From positions 1 to 64,000 of the forward strand of contig CAUYUJ010000322.1 of the NCBI GenBank assembly GCA_963575745.1: a stretch of DNA of 64,000 nt. Reading direction: 5' to 3'. This document shows positions 33,401 to 44,700 of this stretch, in pieces. The stretch is from Prorocentrum cordatum (Eukaryota). The position numbers and the translations under genes were made by a program. A model generated the notes under the pieces. The model saw only the letters and a program-made list of their open reading frames with translations, searched no databases and had not been told where the DNA came from. The number at the start of each line of letters is the position of its first letter. Position 1 is the first letter of the stretch.

Positions 33401-34604
33401 TATGAGGAGATACACAACACACACAGAGGAGGAGGAGGGAGAGACGGTACCAAATCGGCGTCAGAGGAAAACTCGGGCGATGGCGGCGGCGGCGACTTCT
33501 CAAACATATCATGTATCTCAGATATCCCAGATGTCGAGTGGCTGTCGCCGGCGTACACCAGATGATCAGCCTGCCATACCTGAGGAGTCGGACATGTCAC
33601 GTGAATGGATGATATCTAGGCTGGCCATGTTACATGGAAGGGGGAAGTGGACGGAACATCGTGACACATGTATTCTAGCAATGCCTGTAAAAGATAGGAA
33701 GCAGCTGACACGCATGAACATAGGCGGCCGCCCCCGTGGACATACTGCGTGGGACTGGTGCTTGTGCGATCTCTTTGGTTGTGAGTGGTACCTCTCATTC
33801 GACAGTTCCGCTGGGTCCCGTGAGAAATACTGCAAGCATTTGCTGACTGTGATTGGTATGCAACACTTGTTCGACTTGTTTGTTCTACCCAGGCCGCCTG
33901 GTGTGAGACATGTGAAGGCAGAGGAGGAGGAGGAGAGTGAGATGAATGAGAGGATGAGCAAACGTATTGCCGCAAATTTTGAGAATGAAACGGAGTGGAG
34001 GTGTGAGAATATTGAGCGTCTTGGGATGGAGATCTTGGGAGATAGTAAGACTGTTGTAAACTGGATGTGTGGTGAGTGGCAGATTCGCAACAAGCAGTAT
34101 GTACGACTGGTGGGAACACTACAAAATACGGTATCGATGCTGTCTGGATGGGGACTGACCTCACCTGCATCGGGACAGAATCTGTATAAGCATTTCTTTC
34201 GTGAGGGTAATGAGCGTGCGGATAAATTGTCGTGGGAGGCCAGAGGTGGCCAAACTATTACTCGCTGGTTTGCATATGATAAGTTCCTCAGTACTCGTAA
34301 GACTGCTCTCCGTGGTGCATTCGATGGGGGTGTCAGTAATGAAGGATGTGGAGGTGGGTGGTGGCTTCAGATTGGCGTTGTAGGTAGGGGTTCCAGCGTG
34401 CAGGTTGATTTTCCCATCTCCTCCTCCTCCTCCTCCTCCTCTTCCTCCTGCACCAGCTCGCACAGCTTCCATTGGCACGATGTGGCCGAGGAGGCGATGA
34501 GCTTGCCTCCTGGTAGCACGGTAACCTGCTGTGAACTAGCTGCCTGCGCTGCCCTGACGAGAGCTGCTGCTAAGGTGGCGTGCGCTCTGCTACGACCTAC
34601 CTAA
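30429..34604 (+). CDS. LINE ORF2: APE endonuclease - reverse transcriptase - circularly permuted RNase H
   Basis: IASWNV, LCE, VAYMPH, TDANV, LDYV, SDH (APE). KAPGPDNV, YGFRSGR, LDILQAFD, IRTGGVEGP, FWADN (RT). GDSKTVVNW, HFFREGNERAD, AFDGG, TVTCCELAA (RNase H). No ATG before WNV. Confidence 0.93.
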   Translation, partial: RCHDTIASWNVRRAGAENGHDIINSLRRLDVGLAGLCECQFLSVRDLSMRGYTIFRSTCRKAAVIMSKSWRDSLRATYRGKGFVICSYSSVTVIVAYMPHESINALTEEQYEHDVYEQILFDISQVLRTHRSKFPKQPQDLVFLTDANVELEPDSEVNGFRVTGSGLLEASGIAGESTEIDTGMEEGADDGNPYMTQTKRGARKARPHRLVSGFEIRRASRLQSMRRALLDFCGLWGIRMENTFGQRRVTFKSGTGVEKVLDYVGVSRRLHRQELTVGWMLPSEVGHAWTEHPCSRYERALSDHACIVVRLSCAPSAKRRTQPARKFIHLQPVSQLEFAKNMDDRGSRYRALCQENADPEDRQEMLDTLGPDLIKAAEETPQKDINPRNNVPKKSEIHWAAQASKREALRRGDREEAKRCSKIVRRERRRLEARVQRWRTEMNTRRRRRAKTETLILANGMESQNREEWGDEILGHMKSKVEDPEAREVTLRELQSLRGLCSGSGSSEVFSMSLLLRARAKLSTGKAPGPDNVTVTMLKQLSWASVRRVLVSFQGVYSRRLCCPDSWRQLAATLMPKEMDIQHLTDTRMLCLQSCLMKWYMTCIVMLIEKRIEEHRHYVCLYGFRSGRKTSEITSVAKRLSQHSAVWGKGDSLWLANLDILQAFDNVTPCLAMRCLRALDIPADLIVALIEPMMDNQCVASFEGIEASSAVYWDKSIRTGGVEGPMIFLAVSIVLWRDVIDRWRQETQYGIKLENDERMFNGERMTHSFWADNLLLYAKTRTDLELMVRDMSIPLMNAGMTWKPKSLMYIYFGAPPGIPPSPEQDIRVLVPSSDAALGTREVVLPRVQAFEILGATLEETWKDHSDSEAMLQKAQRMFFGEIAYYRCSGIDLAERFTRYQAKVIAALLFNCEGRTPDYSTIAAVHYFEGRCLAIMSGIRKRRTEGWSEFQRRRYKAGRQSFAGLGFRSAVQIWIFRCWDWAKDVSVAASIRMRRYTTHTEEEEGETVPNRRQRKTRAMAAAATSQTYHVSQISQMSSGCRRRTPDDQPAIPEESDMSREWMISRLAMLHGRGKWTEHRDTCILAMPVKDRKQLTRMNIGGRPRGHTAWDWCLCDLFGCEWYLSFDSSAGSREKYCKHLLTVIGMQHLFDLFVLPRPPGVRHVKAEEEEESEMNERMSKRIAANFENETEWRCENIERLGMEILGDSKTVVNWMCGEWQIRNKQYVRLVGTLQNTVSMLSGWGLTSPASGQNLYKHFFREGNERADKLSWEARGGQTITRWFAYDKFLSTRKTALRGAFDGGVSNEGCGGGWWLQIGVVGRGSSVQVDFPISSSSSSSSSSCTSSHSFHWHDVAEEAMSLPPGSTVTCCELAACAALTRAAAKVACALLRPT

Positions 34605-37058
34605 GATGGTGGGGGCTCAGTTGCACTGCTCCGCCGATTCGGATTCGGATTCTAGTGGCGGACCGCAAACCGCAAAAAAAACCAAGGTTGACGGTTTACC
34701 GCCGGCGCCCAGTTCCGGGGCGCTGGAGACCTAGTTGGCAAGACAAATCTCGACGGACCTTTTGGTGACTTTGGTCTGTTTGTTCTCGAAATTCAACCAT
34801 TCGTTAGAGCTCTAGTTTTTTTTTTCACGTGGTATTCGATCTTATTCCCGCTCGCCATCTTGATCTCAGCTCGATCGGGTACCTTTCACTGCCAAAAAGC
34901 GTCCAGGCGGGATCGGCCGTTTCGAGTCATCTTGATACGCGCTTTCGGTTTTCTCAAGACAACTCGAGCTTCAGGACAGCCACAGAGCTGATAAGCACAT
35001 CTAATCGATTCAGAATGTTCAGGCGCGTTTGCTTGTTGAATCGAGAGGTATGAACTCGGTCTACTAGCCGAGCTAGGTCCGCAAACCTATTTGTATTATT
35101 CGAGTCATCTTGACTGACGCTCTCAGTTTTCTGTACTTGACTTGAGCTACAGGACAGCTACAGAGCTGATACGTACAGAATCGGATTCAGAATCATCTGT
35201 TGCCGTTGTTTGTTGAATCCAGAGCTCTGAACTCGGTCTGCTGCCCGATCTAGAATCGCGAAACTATTCGTATTGTTCGAGTCATCTTGAGAGGTGCTGT
35301 CGGTTTCCTGCACTTAACTCGGGCTGTAGGGGGGCTGCAGGACTGGTAATCACAGGGATCGATTCAGAGACATCAGGCGCATCCGCCTTTCGAATCGAGA
35401 GCCGAAATCTGTCTGCTGCCCGAACTAGGTTCGCGAAACTATTCGTATTGTTCGAGTCATCCTGAGAGGTGCTGTCGGTTTCCTGCACTTAACTCGGGCT
35501 GTAGGGGGGCTGCAGGACTGGTAATCACAGGGATCGATTCAGAGACATCAGACGCGTCCGCCTGTCGCATGCAGAGGTCTGAACTCGGTCTGATACTCGA
35601 GCTATTCGTACTGTTCGAGTCATCTTGAGAGGTGCTGTCGATTTACGCACGTCACTCGGGCTGTAGGAGAGCTACAGAGCTCGTACAGAAGACAATCCAG
35701 AAGCATCGGGGGCGGTCGGCTGTTGCATCCGAGAGGTCTGAAATTGCTTGGGCTGAAAAACTATTTTTTCTGTGTTATTTTTTTCGACATTATATGTTGT
35801 CAGGAAGCTCTATGAGTCCCCCGGCGGTAACCAAGGTTGACGGTTTACCGCCGGCGCCCAGTTATTGCTGGGAGCTTAAGAGTAATTCGGGGGCGCCGGA
35901 GAGCTAGTTGGCAAGAAAAATCTCGACGGACCTTTTGGTGACTTTTGGTCGGTTGAAAATTTTGCTCTCGAAATTCAACCATTCGTTAGAGCTCTAGTAT
36001 TTTTTCCCGTGCTATTCGATCTTATTCCCGCTCGCCATCTTGATCTCAGCTCGATCGGCTACCTTTCACTGCCAAAAAGCGTCCAGGCGGTATCGGTCAT
36101 TTCGAGTCATCTTGATACGCGGTGACGGTTTTCTCAAGATCACTCGAGCTTTAGGACAGCTACAGAGCTGGTAAGCACAGCTAATCGATTCAGAATGATC
36201 AGGCGCGTTCGCCTGTTGAACCCAGAGGTCTGAACTCGGTCTGCTAGCCGAGCTAGGTCCGCAAACCTATTCGTATTATTCGAGTCATCTTGACAGACGC
36301 TCTCGGTTTTCTGTACTTAACTCGAGCTACAGGACAGCTATAGAGCTGATGCGTACAGAATCTGATTCAGAATCATCAGTGGCCGTTATCTGTTGAATCC
36401 AGAGCTCTGAACTCGGTCTGCTGCCCGCTCTAGAATCGCGAAACTATTCGTATTGTTCGAGTCATCTTGAGAGATGCTGTCGGTTCTCTGCACTTAACTC
36501 GGGCTGTAGGGGGGCTGCATGGCTGGTAATCACTGGAATCGATTCGGAGACATCAGGCGCGTCCACCTTTCGAATCCAGAGCTCCGAGCTCTGTCTGCTG
36601 CCCGAACTAGGTTCGCGAAACTATCCGTATTGTTCGAGTCATCCTGAGAGGTGCTGTCGGTTTCCTGCACTTAACTCGGGCTGTAGGGGGGGCTGCAGGG
36701 CTGGTAATCACAGGAATCGACTCAGAGATATCAGACGCGTCCGCCTGTCGCATGCAGAGGTCTGAACTCGGTCTGATACTCGAGCTAGGTTTGCCAAACT
36801 ATTCGTATTGTTCGAGTCATCTTGAGAGGTGCTGTCGATTTACGCACGTAACTCGGGCTGTAGGAGAGCTACAGAGCTCGTACAGAAGACAATCCAGAAG
36901 CATCGGGGGCGTTCGGCTGTTGCATCCGAGAGGTCTGAAATTGCTTGGGCTGAAAAATTAGTTTTCCCGTGTAATTTTTCTCGAAATTATATGTTCTCAG
37001 GAAGCTCTACGAGTCCCCCGGCGGTAAGACAGGTTGACGGTTTACCGCCGGCGCCCAG

Positions 37059-38277
37059 TAACCCGTAGAGCTTCCCTTAGCAAGTTAATGCTGGAAGCTT
37101 AAGAGTAATTCCGGGGCGCCGGAGAGCTAGTTGGCAAGACAAATCTCGACGGACCTTTTGGTGACTTTTGGTCGGTTGAAAATTTTGTTCTCGAAATTCA
37201 GCCATTCGTTAGAGCTCTAGTATTTTTTCCCGTGATATTCGATCTTATTCCCGCTCGCCATCTTGATCTCAGCTCGATCGGGTACCTTTTACTGCCAAAA
37301 AGCACAGGGGCGGGATCGGCCGTTTCGAGTCATCTTGAAACGCGCTGTCGGTATATTGGACTCTCGAGATGAAGGACAGCTACAGAGCTGGTAAGCACAG
37401 CTAATCGATTCAGAATGATCAGGCGCGTTCGCCTGTTGAACCCAGAGGTCTGAACACGATCTGCTAGCCGAGCTAGGTCCGCAAACCTATTCGTATTATT
37501 CGAGTCATCTTGAGAGGCGCTTTCTGTTTTCTGTACTTAACTCGAGCTACAGGACAGCTACAGAGCTGATACGTACAGAATCTGATTCAGAATCATCAGT
37601 GGCCGTTATCTGTTGAATCTAGAGCTCTGAACTCGGTCTGCTGCCCGATCTAGAATCGCGAAACTGTTCGTATTGTTCGAGTCATCTTGAGAGATGCTGT
37701 CGGTTCTCTGCACTTAACTCGGGCTGTCGGGGGGCTGTATGGCTGGTTATCATTCGAATCGATTCGGAGACATCAGGCGCGTTCGCCTTTCGAATCCAGA
37801 GCTCCGAACTCTGTCTGCTGCCCGAAGTAGGTCCGCGAAACTATTCGTATTGTTCGAGTCATCCTGAGAGGTGCTGTCGGTTTCCTGCACTTAACTCGGG
37901 CTGCAGGGGGGGATGCAGGGCTGGTAATCACAGGAATCGATTCAGAGACATCAGACGCGTCCGCCTGTCGCATGCAGAGGTCTGAACTCGGTCTGATACT
38001 CGAGCTAGGTTTGCCAAACTGTTCGTATTGTTCGAGTGATCTTGAGAGGTGCTGTCGATTTGCGCACGTAGCTCGGCTGTAGGAGAGCTACAGAGCTCGT
38101 ACAGAAGACAATCCAGAAGCATCGGGGGCGTTCGGCCGTTGCATCCGAGAGGTCTGAAATTGCTTTGGCTGAGAAACTATTTTTTCTGTGTAATTTTTTT
38201 CGACATTATATGTTGTCAGGAAGCTCTACGAGTCCCCCGGCGGTGACAAAGGTTGACGGTGTACCGCCGGCGCCCAG
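37059..38277 (+). mobile_element. Full-length family A element (~1.2 kb), exemplar
   Basis: 5' TAACCCGTAGAGCTTCC..GGAAGCTT (subTIR plus partial internal IR), core, ~5 178-bp units, 3' GGAAGCTCTACGAGT, stem-loop, CGCCCAG. Confidence 0.8.
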
Positions 38278-38827
38278 TTGGCCGACCCGGCACCGACGGA
38301 CAAAGTGACAACTTTTGGGTGGTTTTGCGAATATTTGAAAGATATTTGACCATTTATTTTGAGAGAGCAGATTTTTCGCACCTGTAGACGACTATGAGGG
38401 CCTCTCCGTCTTAATATGAGCTCTCTAGCTGCATTTTTACTGTCAAAACACTTGGCGAAACCCACTTTATGTCGACATGGAAAAAAATCATGTTTTCTCT
38501 TTCCTGAGAATTGCTTCCAGAAGCCCTCTCTTTTCATATTAGGAGCTCTACGAGGTTCCCAGCGGTGACGAGGTTGACGGTTCACCGCCGGCGCCAGTTC
38601 CGGGGCGCTGGAGAGCTAGTTGGCAAGAAAAATCTCGACGGACCTTTTGATGACTTTTGGTCGGTTGAAAATTTTGTTCTCGAAATTCAACCATTCGTTA
38701 GAGCTCTAGTATATTTTCCCGTGATATTCGATCTTATTCCCGCTCGCCATCTTGATCTCAGCTCGATCGGATACCCTCTACTGCCAAAAAGCGTCCAGGC
38801 GGGATCGGCCGTTTCGAGTCATCTTGA

Positions 38828-39225
38828 TACCTCGTAGAGCTCTTTGTCATCGATGAGCTAGAGGAATTCCGGCGCGGGGTGGAGCTAGTTGGCCCACCCG
38901 GTTGGGGCGAACAAATTTATGACTTTTGGTCGGTTTTGCGGGAATTTACAAGATATTTAACCATTTATTTTGAGGAAGCAGATTTTTGCGCGTCGCATTG
39001 GCATATAAAGTCCTCTCTGACAGCAGCTCAGCTCTCCCGATGCATTTTCTTATGAGTTGACTTCTCGGAACTGAGCGAATATAAATATCGAAAAAATCGA
39101 AAAAGAAGATATTCGACAAATCTCTATTTTGTGATTCTACTTCCATTCTTAACATTCTTACCAGTGTAAGGAGCTCTACGAGATTCGCGGCGGTGACCAG
39201 ATTGACGGCTCACCGCCGGCGCCAG
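38828..39225 (+). mobile_element. Full-length family B element nested in family A
   Basis: Interrupts CATCTTGA|TACGCGGTG with no TSD. Termini TACCTCGTAGAGCTC and ..GCGCCAG. Confidence 0.8.
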
Positions 39226-41402
39226 TACGCGGTGTCTGTTTTCCCAAGGTAACTCGAGCTTCAGCACAGCTACAGAGCTGGTAAAGCACAGCTAATCGAT
39301 TTAGAATGATCAGGCGCGTTCGCCTGTTGATCCCAGAGGTCTGAACTCGGTCTGCTAGCCGAGCTAGGTCCGCAAACCTATTCGTATTATTCGAGTCATC
39401 TTGACAGACGCTCTCGGTTTTCTGTACTTAACTCGAGCTACAGGACAGCTACAGAGCTGATACGTACAGAATCTGATTCAGATTTATCAGTGGCCGTTGT
39501 CTGTTGAATCCAGAGCTCTGAACTCGGTCTGCTGCGATCTAGTATCGCAGAACTATTCGTATTCTTCGAGTCATCTTGAGAGATGCTGTCGGTTCTCTGC
39601 ACTTAACTCGGTCTGTAGGGGGGCTGCATGGCTGGTAATCACTGGAATCGATTCGAATACATCAGGCGCGTCTGCCTTTCGAATCTAGAGCTCCGAACTC
39701 TGTGTGCTGCCCAAACTAGGTCCGCGAAGCTATTCGTATTGTTCGAGTCGTCTTCAGAGGTGCTCTCGGTTTTCTGCACTTAACTCGGGCTGTAGGGGGG
39801 GGGGGCTGCAGGGCTGGTAATCACAGGAATCGATTCAGAGACATCAGACGCGTCCGCCTGTGGCATGCAGAGGTCTGAACTCGGTCTGATTCTCGAGCTA
39901 GGTTTGCCAAACTATTCGTATTGTTCGAGTAATCTTGAGAGGTGCTGTCGATTTACGCACGTAGCTCGGGCTGTAGGAGAGCTACAGAGCTCGTAGAGAA
40001 GACAATCCAGAAGCATCGGGGGCGTTCGGCTGTTGCATCCGAGAGGTCTGAAATTGCTTGGGCTGAAAAAATATTTGTTCTGTGTGATTTTTTTCGACAT
40101 TATATGTTGTCAGGAAGCTCTGCGAGTCCCCCGGCGGTGACAAAGGTTGACGGTTTACCGCCGGCGCCCAGTTGGCAAGACAAATCTCGACGGACCTTTT
40201 GCTGACTTTTGGTCGGCTGAAAATTTTGTTCTCGAAATTCAACAATTCGTTTGAGCTCTAGTATTTTTTCCGACCATATTCGATCTTTTTCCCGGTCGCT
40301 GTCTTAATCTCAGCTCGATCGGGTAAATATTTCTGCAAAAAAGCGTCGCGGCGGGATCGGCTGTTTCGAGTCATCTTGATACGCGTTGTCGGTATTTTGT
40401 ATTTAACTCGAGCTGTAGGGCTGCTACGGAGCTCATTTTCACAGACATCGATTGCGAATCATCAGGCGCGGTCGTCTGTTCTATCTAGAGGTCTGAACTC
40501 GGTTTGCTGCCTGAGCTAGGTTCGCGAAACTATTCGTATTGTTCGAGTCATCTTGAGAGGTGCTGTCAGTTTTCTGCACTTAACTCGGTCTGTAGGGGGG
40601 ACCACAGGGCTCGTACCCACAGAAATCGATTCGGAGACATCAGGCGCGTCCGCCTGCCAAATCCAGAGCTCAGAACTCGGTGTGGTGCCCGAGCCAGGTC
40701 CGCAACGCTATTTGTATTCTTCAATTCATCTAGAGATGCTGTCCGTTTTCTGCACTTAACTCGAGCTGTAAGGGGGCTGCAGGGCTGGTAATCACTGGGA
40801 TCGATTCAGAGACATCAGTCGCGTCCGCCTGTCGCATTCAGAGCTCTGAACTCTGCTGCTTGAGCTAGGTCCGCGAAACTATTCGTATTGTTCGAGTCGT
40901 CTTCAGAGGTGCTCTCGGTTTTCTGCACTTAACTCGGGCTGTAAGGGGGCGGCAGGGCTGGTAATCACAGGAATCGATTCGGAGACATCCAGGCGCGTCT
41001 GCCTCTTGCATTCAGAGGCCTGAACTTGGTCTGATACTCGAGCTAGATTCGCGAAATTATTTCTATTGTTCGAGTGATCTTGAGAGGTGCTGTCGATTTA
41101 TGCACGTAACTCGGGCTATAGAAGAGCTACGGAGCTCGTGCGCACAGAAAACGATCCAGAAGCATGTGGGGCGTTCGGCTGTTGCATCGAGAGGTCTGAA
41201 ATCGTTTAGGCTACTATTCGTTCTCTGCATTTTTTTCGACATTATATATGGTCAGGAAGCTCTACGAGTCCCCCGGCGGTAAGAAAGGTTGACGGTTTAC
41301 CGCCGGCGCCCAGTTGGCGAAATGTCGAAAAGGGACGCGATCATACCTTCCGCGGCCTGGCTCAGCCGATTTTGCAGTTCTAACAATTCGTTTGGGCTGT
41401 TA

Positions 41403-41799
41403 TACCTCGTAGAGCTCCTCGGCATCGATGAGCTAGAGGAATTCCGGCGCGGGGTGGAGCTAGTTGGCCGACCTGGCCAGACTGGACAAAGTGGTAACTT
41501 TTGGGTGGTTTTGCGAATATTCGAAAGATATTTGACAATTCATTTTGAGAAAGCAGATTTTTACTCCGAGCATTGGTATCTTAACTTTATTATGCGAGCA
41601 GCTCAGCTCTTTCGAGACAGTTTCACTATCTAAACATTTGGGGGATCTGACGTCACGTTGAGACAGAGAAATGCATTTTTTTTTCTCCAAGAAATGCTCT
41701 GAGAAGCGGTCTGCTTTGAATCTGAGCGTTTTTACGCGTGCAAGGAGCTCTACGAGGTTCCCGGCGGTGACCAGGTTGACGGTTTACCGCCAGCGCCAG
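41403..41799 (+). mobile_element. Full-length family B element
   Basis: TACCTCGTAGAGCTCC .. GGAGCTCTACGAGGT plus stem-loop. Confidence 0.75.
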
Positions 41800-44700
41800 T
41801 TTGCGCAGAGCGAAGTTTTTACATAAGTTACCTCGCACATTCTTAGTTCATTCCGTCGAAAAATTCTCCCGAGCGAAGCCAGGGACCGACTTCACGTTGG
41901 CAGTCCAAAAATACCTCGTAGAGCTCTTCGGCATCGATGAGCTAGAGGAATTCTGGCGGGGGGTGGAGCTAGTTGGCCGACCCGACCAAAAGAGACAATG
42001 TGATAATCTTGGGTCGGTTTTGCTTTGATTTGAAAGATATTTGACAATTCATTTTGAGAACTGGTATTTTTCTTACGTGTAGTGGGTTATGTCGCGTCTG
42101 CCAGTTCAATTCTTAGGTCCGTAGCTGCAATATTACTATCAAAAGACTTGCTGGAACCAACTGCGTTCGAAGTCATCTTGACACGCGTTCACGGTTTTCT
42201 GTACTTAACTCGAGATTTCGAGAGCTACAGAGCTGATACTTGCAGGAACCGATTCAGAATGATCAGGCGCGTTCGCCTGTTGCATCCAGAGGACTGAACT
42301 CGGTCTGCTACTCGAGCTAGGTCCGTAGAAGTCACCTTCACCAGTGCTGCCGGTTTTCTGTACTCAACTCAAGATTCAGAGGAGCTACAGAGCTGGTACG
42401 CACATAAACTGATTTAGTATCACCAGGCGCTTGCGTCTGTTGCATCGAGAGGCCTGAACTCGTTCTGCTAGTCGAGCTAGATCCACAACACTATTCGTAT
42501 TTCTCAAGTTCTCTTCAGAGGCGCTGTCGGTATTCTGCACTTAACTCTAGCTGTAGCACAGCTACAGAGGTGGTACGCACAGAATCCGATACAGAATCAT
42601 CGAGGGCGTTTGGCTGAAGCATCTAGATCTCTGAACAGAGTCTGCTTCTCGAGCTAAGTCCGCAAAACTATTTGTGTGCGATCGATTTTTTAGAGTTTTT
42701 TGGCTCTCGCTTAAGCTTGCTTCGCGTGTTCCGAGGAGCTGGGCAAGAAAAGAGCTCTACGAGGTCCCCGGCGGTAGCCAGGTTGACGGTTTACCGCCGG
42801 CGCCTAGTCGACTGGCGCCGGCGGTGAACCGTCAACCTGGTCACAGCCGGGAATTTCGTAGAGCTCCTTGCACGCGTTTAGTACCTTGTAGGTCTCTTCG
42901 GTATCGATGAGCTAGAGGAATTCCGGCGCGGGGTGGAGCTAGTTGGTCGACCCGACGAGAAAGGACAATGTGACAACTTTTGGGTAGTTTTCCGAATATT
43001 TCAAAGATATTTGACCATTTATTTTGAGAAAGCAGATTTTTACGCCGAGCATTGGCATATAAACTTTGTTCCCTGAGCAGCTCGGCTCTCTAGAGTTAGT
43101 TTTAGTATCAGCTGACTTCCGGGAACCGACTTTATCTTCACTCCAAAAATCTCAATTTGACGTTTTTCTCGAAAAGCTCACGCAGAAGCTCTCCGCTTCG
43201 ATCCTAAGCTTTCTTACGGGTGCAAGGAGCTCTAGGAGGTTCCCGGCGGTGACCAGGTTGACGGTTCACCGCCGGCGCCAGTTGCTCAGCATCAAGAGTA
43301 TAGCTGTGCTGAATCTCGACTTACATGCATAAAACCGTCAACGCGTGTCGAGATGACTCACAACTGACAGCGGTTCCCTCAACTCTTTTGATAGTGATAA
43401 TGCAGCTACGGACCTGCAAATTTTACTGGCGAGCGCGACATAACCTACTACACGTGAGAAAAAATATTGGTTCTCAGAACGAATTTCAAACTTTTGCATA
43501 CATTTAAAAAAACCGATCCCAGGTTACCACATCCTCTCTTCTCGTCGGGCCGGCCAACTAGCTCTACCTGCGCCGGAATGCCTCTTAGCTCTTTGCTGAA
43601 GAGCTCTACGAGGTATGAGCTAGAAGAATAACTGGTAGAGCTTCCCTTAGCTAGTTGCTGGAAGCTTAAGAGTAAGTCTGGCGCGCTGGAGAGCTAGTAA
43701 CTCGTTTGAGCTTCCCTTAGCAAGTTGTTGCTGGAAGCTTAAGAGTAATTCCGGGGCGCTGGAGAGCTAGTTGGCAAGAAAAATCTCGACGGACCTTTTG
43801 GTGACTTTTGGTCGGTTGAACATTTTGTTCTCAAAATTTGAACATTCGTTAGAGCTCTAATATTTTTTCCCGTGATATTCGATCTTATTCCCGCTCGGCA
43901 TTTTGATCTCAGCTCGATCGGGTACCTTTTACTGCCAAAAAGCACAGGGGCGGGATCGGCCGTTTCGAGTCATCTTGAAACGCGCTGTCGGTATATTGGA
44001 CTCTCGAGATAAAGGACAGCTACAGAGCTGGTAAGCACACCTTATCGGTTCAGAATGATCAGGCGCGTTCGCCTCTTGCATCCAGAGGTCTGAACTCGGT
44101 CTAGCCGAGCTAGGTCCGCAAACTTATTCGTATTATTTGAGTCATCTTGACAGGCGCTCTCGGTTTTCTGCACTTAACTCGAGCTATAGGACCGCTACAG
44201 AGCTTATATTTACAGAAACCGATTGGAAATCATCAGTCGCGTTCGTCTGTTGAATCTAGACTCTGAACTCGGTCTGTTCCCCGATCTAGAATCGCGAAAC
44301 TATTCGTATTGCTCGAGTCATCTTCAGAGGTGCTGTCGGTTTTCTGCACTTAACTCGAGCTGTAGGGGGGCTACTGTGCTGGTGGTCACAGAAATCGATT
44401 TGAAGACTACCGACAACGCGTATTATGATGACTCGAAAGAGCCGATCCCGCCGCGACGCTTTTTTGCAGAAATATTTACCCGATCGAGCTGAGATCAAGA
44501 TGGCGAGCGGGAATAATATCAAATATAATCAGAAAAAATACTAGAGCTCAAACGAATTGTTGAATTTCGAGAACAAAATTTTCAACCGACCAAAAGTCAC
44601 CAAAAGGTCCGTCGAGTTTGTTCTTGCCAACTGGGCGCCGGCGGTAAACCGTCAACCTTTCTTACCGCCGGGGGACTCGTAGAGCTCCCTGACAATATAT

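Larger units (their letters stand above)
28876..34680 (+). mobile_element. Apparently full-length, intact non-LTR retrotransposon (copy 2) inserted in a family A 3' stem-loop
   Basis: 5' junction CCGGCGGTAAGGAAGGTTGA|, 3' tail GGACCGCAAACCGCAAAAAAA|ACCAAGGTTGACGGTTTACCGCCGG. Two uninterrupted ORFs. Confidence 0.92.

Noticed and set aside
30429..34604. Retron, group II intron, DGR or LTR/DIRS element
   Set aside because: N-terminal APE, upstream ORF1, 5' truncations and an A-rich tail indicate non-LTR. No integrase, recombinase or LTRs.
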